A stretch of DNA of 64,000 nt, from contig CALSMF010000006.1 in the NCBI GenBank assembly GCA_943787385.1, positions 68,890-132,889 on the forward strand. The letters are read 5' to 3'. The stretch's first letter is position 1. Every line of letters starts with the position of its first letter. This DNA is from an uncultured Luminiphilus sp. (GTDB lineage: Bacteria; Pseudomonadota; Gammaproteobacteria; Pseudomonadales; Halieaceae). Positions 61,795 to 64,000 of this stretch are shown one piece after another. The position numbers and the translations under genes were made by a program. Below the pieces are notes generated by a model, which ran no database searches, had not been told where the DNA came from, and saw only the letters and a program-made list of their open reading frames with translations.

Positions 61795-62640
61795 AGACCC
61801 ATACTGACACGTTGCAAAAACACGCCCTGGAACAATTCAAAACCTGGGCTACCGAGCCACCCTTGCGCAGCCAACCTCGGATGGCCAAAACGCTGAGTCA
61901 TGGCTCGGGGCATACCGCAATACTTATAATCGCTAGTAACGGGGCAAATAATCGCCGTTATATTCTGCGCTACCGCAACCCTCAATCGACACCATTAGGG
62001 CTTTCCTTCGAACAAGAAATCAGCTGGCATGCAATTAGCTCACGGCCATGGCCTGGCACCCCAGGTTGTGTGGTTGGATAGGGCACAGCAATCAATGGTC
62101 ATAGAATTTCTCAGCGAATCAGGCCCCGTTTTATGTGAGGAGCTCGCGGCACTCGTCAGGGCCATTCATCGCTTGCCGGCTGAATTGCCACGCTTAGATT
62201 TACAGCGACAGTTTGAGCACTATTGGCATATTGCCCTTGAGCAAGGCAACGGCGCCTCGGCACTCATTAATCCCAAGGAACCGACACTACAATTAGCCAT
62301 AAAAGCCCTCGAATCGGAGCCAGCCGTGATGTGTCATAACGACTTAACGCCCCCGAATATTCGACGGCGAGACAACGACCTTGTCGCCATTGACTGGGAG
62401 TATGCGGCCACCGGAAGCCCACACTTTGATATCGCCGCCTTGTGCGCTGGATGGCCCGACCTAAATGCCGAGTCATTGGCGTTGGACGTTCTTGGGGATC
62501 GTTTTTCTAAGCGGTTATTCGGCATCGCGACGCATCTCTACGCAGCCCTCAATTGGAATTGGCAGCGTGCCGCGGGTGAAGCGCACGATAAGTCGCAGTC
62601 TTCAGCGCAGCTGCTTCAGCGTTTAGGCGGGTGCTTGTGA
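61788..62640 (+). CDS. Choline/APH-kinase family phosphotransferase, probable thiamine kinase (apparent frameshift near 62026)
   Basis: CHNDLTPPNI, IDWEYA, FDIA. The N-terminal fragment joins ORF 62029 when one G is removed. Confidence 0.78.
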
Positions 62641-63543
62641 CAACTCATTGCCATGTCTTAGGGCCTGGCGCACTGGGGGGCTTGTTTGCCTTCAGGCTAC
62701 ATGCCCTAGGCTTTCAGGTGTCTTTAGTGGCGCGCAGTCCAGTGTCACACCAACAAGAGCTGACGCTACTGACTTCAGACAGCGAGGAAACGATCAGGTT
62801 CTCTATTCAAGGGCCAGACGCACAAGAGTCGATTAGCCTTCTATGGGTCACTACAAAATCTTATGCCACGCTGGAAGCGGTAACCCGCCTTAGTCACCGA
62901 TTTACCGCGGAAACACTGATAGTTACCTTAGGAAATGGCATGGGCTATCACAGTGCTTTGTCGGCGCGCTTCCCAGGGAGACTCATTGCCGGGTCAACGA
63001 CTGCCGGGTGCAGTTCCCCCAACGCTAACACTCGAAAACTGGCGGGTGAGGGCGAAACTCGATTGGGTTGGTGGGATCGAGCAGATACGCCCCCTAAGTG
63101 GTTTAAAAAATTGGAACAAGCCCCTTGGTGCCGCCACTGGGAACCCCGTATTGAGAACTGCCTGCTCGAAAAATTAGCCATAAACAGCGTCATCAATCCG
63201 ATGACTGCACTCCTGAACATCACCAACGGCGAACTCGATAATCACAGACACAAAGCCGCGTTAGATTGCGCCATCACTGAAGTGGCCACTATCTTTCGTT
63301 GGTCCGGGCACGCTGAAATCGCTGAAAACCTCTCCTAACAGAGTCCACCATGTCATCTCCGATACCGCCAATAACTCCTCCTCAATGCGCATCGATAGGC
63401 AGCGGCTCAGTCTGACGGAGCATGAGGAAATACTGGGCTATTTACTGGAGGAGTTTGGTGGGACCGTCGCGCAAGAGAGACCCTCAACGCCCTTACTCTC
63501 CAACTGGCTTACCGCATTGCGGCGGCCCTACCCAAGTCCGTGA
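62631..63543 (+). CDS. panE: 2-dehydropantoate 2-reductase (apparent frameshift near 63335)
   Basis: LGPGALG, TTKSY, NGMG, KLAINSVINPMTA. After the shift it reads TANNSSSMRID...TE and stops at 63543. Confidence 0.85.
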
Positions 63544-64000
63544 TGGCCGACTCCCAAACCTGAGGTCGTCGCGACGCCGCAAAGCTTTGCTGGTGGCTGT
63601 GGCTAATACCACCCGCACTATGCGCTAGTGACAGCACGCAGGTGTAGTGATCGCAATGGAGTTCCGCGATGAGACTCCGGTCTTCCCATACAACCAGCCC
63701 CTGATATTCGACAATGCGCTCAAGCCGCTTTAAAAGCCAATCGTGGCTGAAACCCGCAGGCAAGACGGTATTCGCCTCAACCTTTACAGCATCAAGCGTT
63801 AGCGGAGGCACTCGAGTCAGGTAGAAGTACCCAGCCAAGACTAAAAGAACTGTCAGACCCATCAGCGCCGCCCGCTTGGGCCCGGGCTGAGAACCTCGAA
63901 GGTAGGTCGTGAGCCCACGCCCCAATCGCGCCAGCACAGGCTTAAAGCTGTTAGCAACTGACCGATCTGACCGAATCCTGCTTGAGCTGAGGTACTCGTC
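63509..64000 (-). CDS. C-terminal part of a membrane-anchored protein (5' end beyond the window)
   Basis: Frame open to the window edge; one TM followed by a small domain with CDHYTC. Confidence 0.55.
   Translation of the reverse strand, partial: DEYLSSSRIRSDRSVANSFKPVLARLGRGLTTYLRGSQPGPKRAALMGLTVLLVLAGYFYLTRVPPLTLDAVKVEANTVLPAGFSHDWLLKRLERIVEYQGLVVWEDRSLIAELHCDHYTCVLSLAHSAGGISHSHQQSFAASRRPQVWESAITDLGRAAAMR

Noticed and set aside
1-64000. CRISPR arrays, tRNA/rRNA genes, IS elements, prophage or defence systems
   Set aside because: No spaced repeats, RNA-gene signatures, transposases, integrases or phage-like ORFs were seen; intergenic spaces are short and mostly explained.

Overview
This window is core chromosome from a gammaproteobacterium. 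Gene order and protein style suggest the Cellvibrionales/OM60-NOR5 (Halieaceae-like) group, which is inference only. From left to right it holds: (1) a compact acyclic-terpene utilisation cluster (atuA-C-E-F) with a divergent TetR regulator; (2) a short surface-polysaccharide block (epimerase, WbpL-like, WbpM-like, DHH protein); (3) the gyrA-serC-pheA-tyrA-aroA-cmk-rpsA-ihfB-lapAB-pyrF-comEA run; (4) mtaD-ubiG-phosphatase-yciK; (5) rluB-scpBA-yciO-PHP and yciB-SH3-ppi-pdxJ-rluA-rimO-rsmE; (6) msrA divergent from a vWA / Pam18-like J-protein / hypothetical / htpX / Deg1-like protease string; (7) two Na+-amino-acid symporters; (8) a type II secretion operon gspC-N preceded by a degenerate GGDEF gene with an intact RxxD I-site; (9) a TPP-riboswitch operon (TonB receptor, thiamine-binding protein, PnuC, ThiK-like kinase, PanE). 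I saw no rRNA, tRNA, CRISPR, IS or prophage. At least nine apparent frameshifts, mostly single-base, fall outside the 7.3-38.9 kb core block and are most likely long-read errors. The best candidates for undescribed systems are the vWA-J-domain-HtpX-Deg quality-control locus, the candidate c-di-GMP receptor upstream of the T2SS, and the thiamine-salvage operon extended with panE.
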